Shown piece by piece: positions 9,582 to 18,996 of a stretch of DNA of 64,000 nt. Position 1 is the stretch's first letter; every line of letters begins with the position of its first letter. The position numbers and the translations under genes were made by a program. The notes below the pieces were generated by a model. The model had not been told where the DNA came from, did no database searches, and saw only the letters and a program-made list of their open reading frames with translations. This stretch comes from a bacterium (GTDB taxonomy: Bacteria; Electryoneota; Electryoneia; Electryoneales; Electryoneaceae), in NCBI GenBank assembly GCA_963675295.2, contig CAXXKJ010000002.1:928001-992000 (forward strand). Direction: 5' to 3'.

Positions 9582-11185
9582 CCGTTCAGCTCCTCCGAGT
9601 AGCGGCGGTTCCGCCGGATCTGCCAGTAGACGATGCCGAGCAGAATGGCGAGCAGCGGCGGCGCGAACCAGTTGACGTATTTCCAGACCTGCTTCTGCGC
9701 GGTGCTGATTTCCTTCAGCGTGCGCATGGTGAATTCACGGCCACGCAGCGCGATCAGGTCGGTGTCGCCGGCGAGCCAGTCGATGGCGTTGAGCAGCATG
9801 TAGACGTTCGCCGGGTTGGTCAGGTAACCGTCCTGAATGAAGCGGCCGTCACCCATAACGAACATGCGTGTGCCGTCCGGCGCGGTCATGCCGCTGCCGA
9901 CCATGTCCACCGACCCTTCGTCCGTTTCCGTGCCGGCGAATGCAGACTGGAACGGTCCTTCCAGCATCGCGCCAAGCACGACGTGTTCACGGGTGAACAG
10001 GTCGTCCTGCCATTCCTGCGTCGCGTTGATCGTGAACGTGCCCGCCTGCACCAGCGTCCGCGGACCGGAATACATCACCGGGGTCAGGTTGACGTTCTTC
10101 TCGGCGGCATAGGTGGTGTCAACGCTCGACGGGAAGAAGAGGCTCAGCATGTCGATGTTCTCGACGACGATCGCGTTGTCGTTGAACGTGTTCACGTTCG
10201 GGAAGAACGGGTACTTGATGGTGTTCTGAATGGTGAAGAAGCCGCGCCGTTCCTGCACGTTGATCATCGACGAATTGAGGTCGGCGACGAGGTTCGGGTT
10301 GACGACGAAGCCGTAGTTGCGTGTCATCTGATCGAGGCCGAGGCGGTACGCTGTCGCGGTCCCGTTCTGCAGGTCGGCATTGACCGTGGAGAGCAACCAG
10401 GCGACGGAACCACCGTCCATGATGTACTGGTCGATCTTCATCTGGTCTTCTTCGGGGATCGCCTCGGTCGGCGCGACAACCATCAGCACGTCGATGTTGT
10501 CCGGAACGCCCGGCGCGTCGGTCAGGTTGACATTTTCGATCCCGTAGTTGCTCTGCAGCACGTTGGCAAATTGCGAGATACTGCCCGCCTGGGCGCTCAT
10601 GCCCGGCTGCTGCTGTTGCGTCGGATCAGGCTCACCGTGTCCCTGCAGGAAGCCGACGGTCTGCGACTGCTGGTTGGTCAGCCGCTTGATCAGCGAGGTG
10701 ATGTTGTACTCGAGACCGGCCGCGCCCTGCAGCGTCGGGATGGTTTCCTGGCGGTCTTCGTAGAGGAAGACGGCGCCGAGATAGACCTTCTTCAGCTGCA
10801 GTTCATCCTTCTCCCAGACATTTTCCTGGAAGGGTGGGATGCGGTAGTTCTGCGCTTCCTGCTCGAGGGCTTCGTCATTGCCCGGGTCGATGAACTCGTA
10901 GCGGAACTTGCCGCCACCGTACGCCCGATAGCCGGACAGCAGGTCGTTGAGGAACCGTTTGGTATCGTTCAGCTGCGGCGACAGGTTTTCGCTGGCGAAA
11001 ACCTTGACCGTCAGCGGTTCGTCGAGATTTTCCACCACCTGTTTCGAGGCGTCGGACAGGCTGAACAGCTTGTCTTCGGTGAGGTCGAGGCGCATGAAGC
11101 GCGTGTTGGCGATCAGGTTGATGAGGACGAGGATCGCCACCACGAGCAGAATGCCGACCGTGGTTTGAATCTTGGATGCTTTCAC
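9578..11185 (-). CDS. GldG-like ABC transporter auxiliary component
   Basis: RLDLTEDKLFSLS, FIDP, LEYNITSLI, GFLQGHGE, NAIDWL; N- and C-terminal TM segments. Confidence 0.85.
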   Translation of the reverse strand: MKASKIQTTVGILLVVAILVLINLIANTRFMRLDLTEDKLFSLSDASKQVVENLDEPLTVKVFASENLSPQLNDTKRFLNDLLSGYRAYGGGKFRYEFIDPGNDEALEQEAQNYRIPPFQENVWEKDELQLKKVYLGAVFLYEDRQETIPTLQGAAGLEYNITSLIKRLTNQQSQTVGFLQGHGEPDPTQQQQPGMSAQAGSISQFANVLQSNYGIENVNLTDAPGVPDNIDVLMVVAPTEAIPEEDQMKIDQYIMDGGSVAWLLSTVNADLQNGTATAYRLGLDQMTRNYGFVVNPNLVADLNSSMINVQERRGFFTIQNTIKYPFFPNVNTFNDNAIVVENIDMLSLFFPSSVDTTYAAEKNVNLTPVMYSGPRTLVQAGTFTINATQEWQDDLFTREHVVLGAMLEGPFQSAFAGTETDEGSVDMVGSGMTAPDGTRMFVMGDGRFIQDGYLTNPANVYMLLNAIDWLAGDTDLIALRGREFTMRTLKEISTAQKQVWKYVNWFAPPLLAILLGIVYWQIRRNRRYSEELNG

Positions 11186-11201
11186 GTTGCTTCGTCCTCC
11201 C

Positions 11202-11918
11202 CTACAGGAATTTCCGCTGGATCATCGCGCGGGACGCGAGCAGCAGCGAAATAAAAATTAAACTGAGGAAATAGATGACATCCCGGCTGTCGATCACACC
11301 ACGCGCGATGTTCTGGAAGTGGTAGGTCGAGCTCAGGTACTGGATCACGTCCGCCACCGGCGGCGGGATCACAATCGCCGCGAACACTAGAATCGCCAGC
11401 ACGGCACACAGCGCGAAGCTGAGGATGAAGGCGACGATCTGGTTTTCCGTAAGCGCAGATCCGAGCAGGCTGACCGCGAGGTACGCTCCGCCCAGCAGCA
11501 GCAGTCCGACATAGCCGGCGACGATACCGCCAACCTGGGCGTCACCCAGCGTGATGATCGTGAACGGGTAGAAGAACGTGAACAGCAACGCGACCGCGTA
11601 CAGGCTGAACGCGGCGAGGAATTTGCCGAAGATGACATCGAAATCGCGCACCGGCATGGTGACCAGCAGCTCGAGCGTGCCGCTCTTTCGTTCTTCGCTG
11701 ATCAGTCGCATCGCGATCGCGGGTGCGAAGACGACGAGCAGGAACGGCAGGATGTCGAAGATGCTGCGCATGTGCGCGAGGTTTTCCTTGAACAGGTTCA
11801 AGGTGAAGAACCAGCCGGTGATCAGCAGGAACACCGCCAGCACGATATAGGCTGAGGGGCTGGCGAAATAGCTGCGCATCTCACGGCGCCAGATAGCACT
11901 CACAACGGCCCAGCTCAT
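11202..11918 (-). CDS. GldF-like ABC-2 permease
   Basis: RREMRSYFASP, MRLISEERKSGTLELL.T.P, GKFLA, RGVIDSRDVIYF; start ATG 11918. Confidence 0.88.
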   Translation of the reverse strand: MSWAVVSAIWRREMRSYFASPSAYIVLAVFLLITGWFFTLNLFKENLAHMRSIFDILPFLLVVFAPAIAMRLISEERKSGTLELLVTMPVRDFDVIFGKFLAAFSLYAVALLFTFFYPFTIITLGDAQVGGIVAGYVGLLLLGGAYLAVSLLGSALTENQIVAFILSFALCAVLAILVFAAIVIPPPVADVIQYLSSTYHFQNIARGVIDSRDVIYFLSLIFISLLLASRAMIQRKFL

Positions 11919-12883
11919 GCCGCAGCCTCCCCGGCCATGTTGGCCGTCGCATCGGTTCGTGTCAACGAACGGAAGATGTTTTCGAGCGATTCCACCTTGC
12001 GCGTCATGCCGAGCATCGTCCAACCCTGCGAAACGCAGAGGCGGAAGATGTCGCCGCGCGGGTCGGTGCCCGGTTCGGTGGAAATCTGCAGGCTGACCAC
12101 ATTCGGTTCCGGATCGTCCAGCCGTTCGAGCGATTCAACACCGGCGAGCGCGTTGATCTTCGCGAAATCGTCCGGGTTGATGCCGTGCAACTGCAGGTAG
12201 ATGACCGGCTTACCCTGGAAGCGGTGCTGCAATTCGTCCGGGGTGCCGTCCGCGACCAGCTTGCCCTTGTTGATGATGACAACACGGTCGCAGGTTGCCT
12301 GCACTTCCGGCAGGATGTGGGTGGAGAGGATGACGGTGCGCTCTTTCCCGATCGTCTTGATCAGTTCGCGGATTTCCACGATCTGGTTCGGGTCGAGACC
12401 GATGGTCGGTTCGTCAAGGATCAGCACCTTGGGCTCATGCAACATCGCCTGAGCGAGGCCGACACGTTGCCGGTAGCCCTTCGACAGCTTGCTGATGCTC
12501 TGGTCGAGCCGGTCTGCGAGGCCGGTGACGTCGACCATCTTCTTGATCCGCGCCTTCTGCTCGTTAGCAGGAATCCGGCGTACCTCGGCGACATGCTTGA
12601 GGTACTCGTAGACGGTCATGTCGAGATACAGCGGCGTGGTTTCGGGCAGGTAGCCGATCATCTCGCGTGTGACCAGCGATTCCTCGACGACGTCATGTCC
12701 GTCAATGGTAATCTTGCCGGCATTGGGCGGATAGTACCCGGTAATCACCTTCATGGTGGTAGATTTACCGGCGCCGTTTGGCCCGAGGAAGCCGAGAATC
12801 TCGCCGCGCGCGACATCAAAGCTGATGTCGTCCACCGCGGGAAAGTTCCCGTACAACTTCTTCAGGTTTTCAATGTGAATCAT
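11915..12883 (-). CDS. GldA-like ABC ATP-binding protein
   Basis: GPNGAGKST, LSKGYRQRVGLA, LILDEPT.GLDP; start ATG 12883 (MIHIENLKK). Confidence 0.92.
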   Translation of the reverse strand: MIHIENLKKLYGNFPAVDDISFDVARGEILGFLGPNGAGKSTTMKVITGYYPPNAGKITIDGHDVVEESLVTREMIGYLPETTPLYLDMTVYEYLKHVAEVRRIPANEQKARIKKMVDVTGLADRLDQSISKLSKGYRQRVGLAQAMLHEPKVLILDEPTIGLDPNQIVEIRELIKTIGKERTVILSTHILPEVQATCDRVVIINKGKLVADGTPDELQHRFQGKPVIYLQLHGINPDDFAKINALAGVESLERLDDPEPNVVSLQISTEPGTDPRGDIFRLCVSQGWTMLGMTRKVESLENIFRSLTRTDATANMAGEAAA

Positions 12884-13336
12884 CCGCGTTTCCCCTCCAG
12901 AATTCTTCCGTGGGTTGATTGGTATCTGAAACTGTGGAAAAGCCTTGGTTTTCCAACCCCCTTGCGATGGGCAAGGATACGACTTGTACGTCGTATGAAC
13001 AAGTTCAGCAACGGCTGTCTCGCACAAACTGGTGCCACTCCGGTTTGTCGCCGCTGTAGAATTTCGTCTGTCAAGTGTCTGTCTCGTCGGGCGTGATGCT
13101 GGCGGGGCGCAACGCGGAACCGTGACGTTTGCCTCCCTCAGACGCCAGAACCGTGTGTTGACACATGTGTATGTACGTGGCTTATCGCGGTGAGTTCCCG
13201 GCGCTCCGGGAGACGCTTGTTTATGTTGCCACCTGCTTTTTATGTGAAATGTCTTGCACACTTTTTCAATTACAAAAATACCCGATTAGAGAATCATGTC
13301 GAGCCATGCAGGTCTGAAGGATACAAAGGAGGCGGT

Positions 13337-14287
13337 ATGAGGTCGGACATGATAGTTCCAAGACAGCTAAGAGAGGTTAATTATCCCGAATATTTTGAGG
13401 ACGGGTATCGTATTCTATTTTGCGAAAATACTGAACTTCTGTTGTGGCACTTTCAAAATCTAATTCAGCCAGATCCGATTGCACCGAGGATCATATACAG
13501 GGGACAGGCCAAATCTGAGTGGCAACTTATAGCATCGCTATTCAGAAAAACAATAAACACATCCATCAAAGATATTACTGACATTAGAATCCGTCGCGGC
13601 AAAGATATTGCTAAATGGTTGATAAGGTTGTACAAGATTGAAGAAGAATTAGTTGATAGATACAGATGGGTGTTAAATCAAGCAGGTATAAGTATTCCAT
13701 TTGCCATAGCAGACTATCTTAACCAAGAATATGATAGTATAGAAGAAAGTGACCTGACATATTGGCAGTCTATAGACAGTTTTGAGCTACAATTTTACGC
13801 TTTGGCTCAACATAATGGAATACCTACCAGATTATTAGATTGGACTTATAATCCACTAGTAGCAGCATATTTTGCAGCATCAACCACCATATCTGAATAT
13901 AAACTAAAAAGAAACATGAAAAATTATATTGCGACGGAAACTAAGAATATACCTAATTTTTCTATTTTAGCATTATTTACGGATAATGTAGATAAAACGA
14001 CTTTTGGAACCGATTATAAAAAGAAAATTGATGTTATAGAATGTTCATATACTGATAATTTATATTTATCAGCACAAAAAGGAGTATTTACATATACTAT
14101 TCCTGAATATATGCCTATGAACAAAATATTAGATGATAATGTAATTACTAAGTTTGATATTCCCATAACTGAGGCGTTTCGGTTGCTACGTGTACTATCG
14201 TCATATGGAATAAACGGATCTACTGTTTATCCAGACTATTCAGGTGCAATTAAGCAAATGAAAGAAAGAATGGTGTATCAATGGTAA
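13337..14287 (+). CDS. FRG-domain protein (AT-rich insert)
   Basis: YRGQ...W.L..SLFR, AQHNGIPTRLLDWT.NPLVA.YFA, AQKGVF; AAGGAGG RBS before ATG 13337. Confidence 0.85.
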   Translation: MRSDMIVPRQLREVNYPEYFEDGYRILFCENTELLLWHFQNLIQPDPIAPRIIYRGQAKSEWQLIASLFRKTINTSIKDITDIRIRRGKDIAKWLIRLYKIEEELVDRYRWVLNQAGISIPFAIADYLNQEYDSIEESDLTYWQSIDSFELQFYALAQHNGIPTRLLDWTYNPLVAAYFAASTTISEYKLKRNMKNYIATETKNIPNFSILALFTDNVDKTTFGTDYKKKIDVIECSYTDNLYLSAQKGVFTYTIPEYMPMNKILDDNVITKFDIPITEAFRLLRVLSSYGINGSTVYPDYSGAIKQMKERMVYQW

Positions 14288-14334
14288 TCCAATATGTGAA
14301 TATATTAGAGTATACAACTAGCGGAATTCGAGAG

Positions 14335-15333
14335 TTATAATCGTGCGATCAACCTGACCTGATCCACAATCTCGCACCTGGCTGTGCCTGAGCAGGACAG
14401 TGTTGATCCGTCAACATTCACAGGGAATGGACGTCCGTCCGCGGGTTTGATTTCGAGACGTTTCTTGATTGAATAGGCCTCGAACCCCCATCGCTCCGGA
14501 GCGTGTTGAATGCTGGAATCCCACGCCTTTTTGATCTGCGTTGCCATGTTGAAGATGCCGATATCGCGGATGCCGAACAGGTAGATCTCGCCGGAGCCGA
14601 GTGGTTTGCCTTGTGCGAACGGCAGGTTCGGCCCGAGGTCCCCATTGACCAGGATCAGCGCCTGGTAGCGGCCGGAGATCCTGGTTTCGCCATCAATCCG
14701 GAAGTGCCACAGTCGGGTGCCGGACGCGAACCGGCCAAAAAGGGTTTTCACCGTGGCGAGGCTCATGCCGACGAAAAACGGTCCGAGGTCGCCGAACAGT
14801 TGGCTCAGCACACCTTTGTAGTACTTGATGAACCGGTTCTCGGTGAAGTAGGGCACCTCACCGAAAATTTCCAGACCGCCGTAGCCAAGCATGCGTTTCA
14901 TGGTGGTGTTTGGGCCGGACGATGCTACCTCGATGACATCGCAGGGAATGTGTGTATCGTTGCGAATCGCTTCGGCGAACACACGGATCGCGTCCTCGAT
15001 CTCGTCGGGCATGTTCAGCACTTTACCCAGCAGGTCGGCGGAACCTTTCCGCAGGAAGCCGATTCGCAGATCTGACTTTTCGGCGTTGGCGTCGAGGCAG
15101 CCTTCGACGACGGCGTTAAATGTGCCCGAACCACCCGCCGAAATGATCCAGCGTACCCCGGCGTTGACCTGCTCGGTGGCTTGTTGCTTTGCGGCGGCGT
15201 GGCTGTCCTCACTGAACAGAGTGACGTTGCTGAAGCCGTGTTCCTCAAACAGTGGGACGATGCGTTTCACCTTGCCCCAGTCCTGAATCGATCCGGAGAT
15301 GGTGGTGGCGATGACGGCGATTGGATCAGTCAT
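14335..15333 (-). CDS. Divergent soluble diacylglycerol/lipid kinase family protein (DAGKc fold)
   Basis: ISAGGSGTFNAVVEG (canonical GGDGT), GSADL (canonical GTxND), C-terminal NVDG; start ATG 15333 overlaps the upstream stop. Confidence 0.7.
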   Translation of the reverse strand: MTDPIAVIATTISGSIQDWGKVKRIVPLFEEHGFSNVTLFSEDSHAAAKQQATEQVNAGVRWIISAGGSGTFNAVVEGCLDANAEKSDLRIGFLRKGSADLLGKVLNMPDEIEDAIRVFAEAIRNDTHIPCDVIEVASSGPNTTMKRMLGYGGLEIFGEVPYFTENRFIKYYKGVLSQLFGDLGPFFVGMSLATVKTLFGRFASGTRLWHFRIDGETRISGRYQALILVNGDLGPNLPFAQGKPLGSGEIYLFGIRDIGIFNMATQIKKAWDSSIQHAPERWGFEAYSIKKRLEIKPADGRPFPVNVDGSTLSCSGTARCEIVDQVRLIARL

Positions 15334-16783
15334 GGTCCGGGTCTCCGGCTGAGCTGGAGCGAACAGCCTGCATGGCGTGTTCGACAACGGTTTCGAGGGG
15401 AGCGTTTCCATTTATGACAGCAGTGCTGATGTCAAGATGCGATCCGAGACAGGCAAGCACACGCAGGTACGATTCACGCAGGCGCGTGAGTTTCTCGACG
15501 TTTTCATGCACCTGCATCTCTTCGCCACGGCTGGCGATGCGTTCACATGCGGTTGCGGGATCTACATCGATCAACAAAATGGTTTCCGGCAGCACCATCC
15601 GGTTCAGCTTCAGCAGCCAGAAGGCTTTCAACTCGGGGTATTCGCTGAACAGCGGGTCGTGCGGACCAGCTTGCTGATCGTTCCCGGTCAAGATGTCTAT
15701 CAGTCGGGCGATGGTTGTTTCATCCGGTGGATCATCACGGTACAACGCGACCCAGGCGAGCAGGTTGAGCAGAGGCGAACCGTCCATGACAATGTGGTCG
15801 GGCGTGTACCAGCGGCGGATTTCGTGGAACAACTGGTTGCGTAGCAGCAGTTCGGTCAGCTTCGGAATCTTGTACAGCTTGAGCGATTTTGCATTCTTGG
15901 CGGCACGATTGATGGCTTCGCGAAAGACATTGGTTCCAAGCGGTTGCAGGGGACGATAGAGTGAGTTGTTGTAGAACTGCAGGGTATCGCTGATGAGGCA
16001 CACGCTCTGGGCAGCGGAAAGTGTCTCGGCGATTGATCTGGAAACGGTACTCTTTCCCGAACCGTCGATTCCGAGAACCGCGATGGTTTGTGCCGCGGCT
16101 TCTTTTTTGCCACGTCGCCGCTGGTAGGACTTGGAGGTCGCCTGTTCCAGATCGCGGAGTGCGGCTTCCAGGTGCTGGGTGATATCGCGGTGCCCTCCAA
16201 CGACGAGTTGCGGGGGACCAACGGCGACAAAATTGGTTAGCGGCAGCATGATCGCCGTCGCCTTGGGCAGAGCTCGTTCCGGGCCTTTCAGGAATACCGG
16301 CACAACGGGAATCGACTTGTACTGGACAACCAGGCGTCCAATGCCACTGCGAAAATGGACGAGTTCTCCGGGCTTGCCGCGTGTTCCCTCAGGAAAAATG
16401 ATCAAGCTGTGCCCGGCCTCCAGCAACTGCTTGAACTCGTCAAACGGGTCGGTCCCACGAGTCGCGGTACCCCGTTCGATCCAGATCGGCTGGTAGAGGA
16501 ATTCAACAGAACGGAACAACCATTTGTAGCGGGCGAAGTACGTGCGTTCTGCCACGGCGTGCGTTCGATCCAGCTGCGGCAGGGTCAGCAGGTTGAACAG
16601 CAGGATGATATCCAGATGGCTGTTGTGGTTGGCAATCAGGATGAACTGGTCGTGTCCGGCCAGATGCTCCCGACCTCGGACATACACACCGAAGAGCAGC
16701 TTCGCCAATGGACGCAAAACGAGGAGATGGATCATCCTGCGCAGGGCACGATGTGCCTTGCCATGTTCAGGCTCGCCTCTCAT
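15326..16783 (-). CDS. Fusion of a PlsC-type lysophospholipid acyltransferase and a thymidylate-kinase-like P-loop domain
   Basis: NHNSHLD and IFPEGTRG in the N-half; IAVLGIDGSGKST, MDG and PETILLIDVDPATACERIASRG...E.L.RLRESY in the C-half. Confidence 0.8.
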   Translation of the reverse strand: MRGEPEHGKAHRALRRMIHLLVLRPLAKLLFGVYVRGREHLAGHDQFILIANHNSHLDIILLFNLLTLPQLDRTHAVAERTYFARYKWLFRSVEFLYQPIWIERGTATRGTDPFDEFKQLLEAGHSLIIFPEGTRGKPGELVHFRSGIGRLVVQYKSIPVVPVFLKGPERALPKATAIMLPLTNFVAVGPPQLVVGGHRDITQHLEAALRDLEQATSKSYQRRRGKKEAAAQTIAVLGIDGSGKSTVSRSIAETLSAAQSVCLISDTLQFYNNSLYRPLQPLGTNVFREAINRAAKNAKSLKLYKIPKLTELLLRNQLFHEIRRWYTPDHIVMDGSPLLNLLAWVALYRDDPPDETTIARLIDILTGNDQQAGPHDPLFSEYPELKAFWLLKLNRMVLPETILLIDVDPATACERIASRGEEMQVHENVEKLTRLRESYLRVLACLGSHLDISTAVINGNAPLETVVEHAMQAVRSSSAGDPDHD

Positions 16784-17640
16784 CCGAGGAAGTACCGGAG
16801 ATAATGGAAGGTCACCGGCGCCGCGTAGAAGAAGGACCGCAGGTTATCGAGCACCTGTCCCTGGGCCGGAATGAAGGGATCGTCCGCGCCGACGAGATCG
16901 AGTTTGATGTAGCGTCCGGTCAAACGGCCAATCATGGTCAGCATTGGAATCAGGCAGGCGAGAATGATCGAATGATGGAGCGGGATGCCGGTCCATGGCA
17001 TCAAGGCAAGGGCCAAACCGATCGTAATCGGCAGGGGAATCACGTAGATCAGAACCAGCAGTCCAAAGGTGACCCGCCTTCCCCGCCGCATGAGTACGGA
17101 CACCGCATCGCACAATGCCACTAATAGAATCAGCAACATTGGCTGCCAGATCGATACCAGCAACAGGTAGCCGATGTGCGCAATGCAGAAGACGTAGAGA
17201 AACAAGCCGAAGTCGATTGCTCCGATGGAAAAGATCATCCCCCGTGCTTCGCGTCCGCCCATCGCAACAAACATCGGGACCAGCAGGAAGCCATACACCG
17301 GCACCGCGATAATGAACATGCCATACCATTCATCCAGGATGAAGTAGTACTGGAAGGGTATCAGCAGAAACGCGATCCAGATGGCGATGCGATCCTGCGG
17401 TCGGATATCAATCAGCGAGAAGTATTCGCGCAGGGCGAAAAAGGACAGGAGTGCCAGCGTGATCAGGGCGAGGGTCAGTAGGTCAAACTCGGCGAACAGG
17501 ATGGAGAGAAGCAGGAAAAAGGTGTAGTTGACGTACGATCTGCCGGGGATTTCCCTGCCACGCAGGACCAGCACGGTTCTGAGTGCGGTCAGCACTGCGA
17601 ACAGGGCGACAACAACAATCAGGGTAATCCGGGCAGACAT
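16780..17640 (-). CDS. Divergent phosphatidate cytidylyltransferase family (CdsA/YnbB-like) membrane protein
   Basis: LSFFALREY, QYY.....WYG.F.I..PVY.FL, IP..G..LD...S....AP.TFHY. Confidence 0.7.
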   Translation of the reverse strand: MSARITLIVVVALFAVLTALRTVLVLRGREIPGRSYVNYTFFLLLSILFAEFDLLTLALITLALLSFFALREYFSLIDIRPQDRIAIWIAFLLIPFQYYFILDEWYGMFIIAVPVYGFLLVPMFVAMGGREARGMIFSIGAIDFGLFLYVFCIAHIGYLLLVSIWQPMLLILLVALCDAVSVLMRRGRRVTFGLLVLIYVIPLPITIGLALALMPWTGIPLHHSIILACLIPMLTMIGRLTGRYIKLDLVGADDPFIPAQGQVLDNLRSFFYAAPVTFHYLRYFLG

Positions 17641-17861
17641 CTTTCCTCCCCCCCAGGTTGCTGAAAGATGATCGGTTGGCGTGCTTCGAAATATACGACG
17701 GCTGCCAACTGGAAAGGTGATTCATTTCAGTAAGATCGGTTACAGAAGGTGGTTTCCCGGAAATCCTGTTAGGTTAAGGCCGTCAGACGGTATGCTGAGT
17801 TTAAAGGCGAAGTACTTCCAACCCTCTTGTTCGTCGAGTTCCAGTCCCCCATCTTTGCGGC

Positions 17862-18839
17862 ATGGCGACTTTAACCGATCCAGTTTTGCTCCACCTGTGT
17901 GACCAGCTCAATCGTTTTGCGGATGAGCGTGGCTTCACACTTGGGCTGGAGCCTGTTCAATATGGCGTGAAACTGACCCTCAGCGATCCGAATCTTCCAG
18001 ACGACAAGGGCAAACCCGCGACCGCGCGTGGCGTATTGTACCACAGCGTGAAGAAGAAACGGGTCAGCTGGGTGTCGGAAGGCAAGGCGGACCCGGTGCT
18101 CGGGCCAATGCTGAACGAGCGTGTCCAGGCGTTGGTTGGCGCACGGGACCAGAAGGCGGCGGCGAAGAATCCGTCCATTGGCGCGGTGGAGAAGGGGCTG
18201 AAGAGTTGGATCGGCACCGACGAAACGGGCAAGGGAGATCTGTTCGGCCCGTTAATCGTTGGCGGCTTTGTCGCGGACCAGGCGATTGCGAAAGAGTTGA
18301 TCGCGATGGGCGTGCGTGACTCGAAGGAGTTGACCCGTCCCCAGATCGAACGGCTGGCCTCGATGATCCGCAAGCAGTGGCCGGACCGCTGCCATGTGGT
18401 GATGATCTCGCCGAAACGCTACAATGAGATGTACGACGGTTTCGCGCGCCGGGGTGGGATCAACGGTCTGCTTGGCTGGGGGCACGCGACCGCGATCAAG
18501 TCAGCGCTGGAGGGGAAGTATCCACTCGATGGCGCCGTGGTCGATAAATTCGGTGGAGAGCATCGGATCACGCCGTACTTGAAAGGCGCGGATGTGTCCC
18601 TGACCTTACGGTCGAAGGCGGAGTCGAATCCGGCGGTCGCGGCGGGGGCGATTCTCGCGCGGGCGAAGTTCGAGTACGCGTTGGATGATATGGAAAAGCC
18701 GCTCGGGTTTCGTCCGCATCCCGGTGCGAACGGCCCGGCGATGAAGGATTTGAAACGTCTGGCGAAGGAAAAACCGTCCGAGCTGGCTATGTATGTGAAA
18801 ATGCACTTCCGTCCGGTTCAGGCGCTGGCGGGGTTGTAG
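17862..18839 (+). CDS. rnhC: Ribonuclease HIII
   Basis: WIGTDETGKGDLFGPL, GVRDSK.LT, PKRYNEMY, VDKF, KAE...AVAAGAILAR; N-terminal extension. Confidence 0.85.
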   Translation: MATLTDPVLLHLCDQLNRFADERGFTLGLEPVQYGVKLTLSDPNLPDDKGKPATARGVLYHSVKKKRVSWVSEGKADPVLGPMLNERVQALVGARDQKAAAKNPSIGAVEKGLKSWIGTDETGKGDLFGPLIVGGFVADQAIAKELIAMGVRDSKELTRPQIERLASMIRKQWPDRCHVVMISPKRYNEMYDGFARRGGINGLLGWGHATAIKSALEGKYPLDGAVVDKFGGEHRITPYLKGADVSLTLRSKAESNPAVAAGAILARAKFEYALDDMEKPLGFRPHPGANGPAMKDLKRLAKEKPSELAMYVKMHFRPVQALAGL

Positions 18840-18886
18840 ATTGACAATGTGTCCGTGTTGTTTGAGCAAGTCGGGTGCTGAATCCC

Positions 18887-18914
18887 GGGGACACTTTGTC
18901 CCCAAAGTGTCCCC
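18887..18914. repeat. GGGGACAC-type hairpin
   Basis: GGGGACACTTTG-TCCC-CAAAGTGTCCCC, perfect 12-bp stem. Confidence 0.75.
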
Positions 18915-18930
18915 ACACTTGACGCAGCAC

Positions 18931-18989
18931 GAGAGACGAAAGACCAGAGACGAAAGACTGAAGTCCGCAGACCAGCGACGAGAGACGAC
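18931..18989 (+). repeat. Degenerate heptamer tandem repeat (NRRAGAC)
   Basis: GAGAGAC GAAAGAC CAGAGAC GAAAGAC TGAAGTC CGCAGAC CAGCGAC GAGAGAC. Confidence 0.75.
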
Positions 18990-18996
18990 CGAAGAG

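Noticed and set aside
13021-13039. Possible sigma54 promoter for the Gld-like ABC operon (minus strand TGGCACCAGTTTGTG)
   Set aside because: The -24 element is good, but there is no GC at the required 10-nt spacing.
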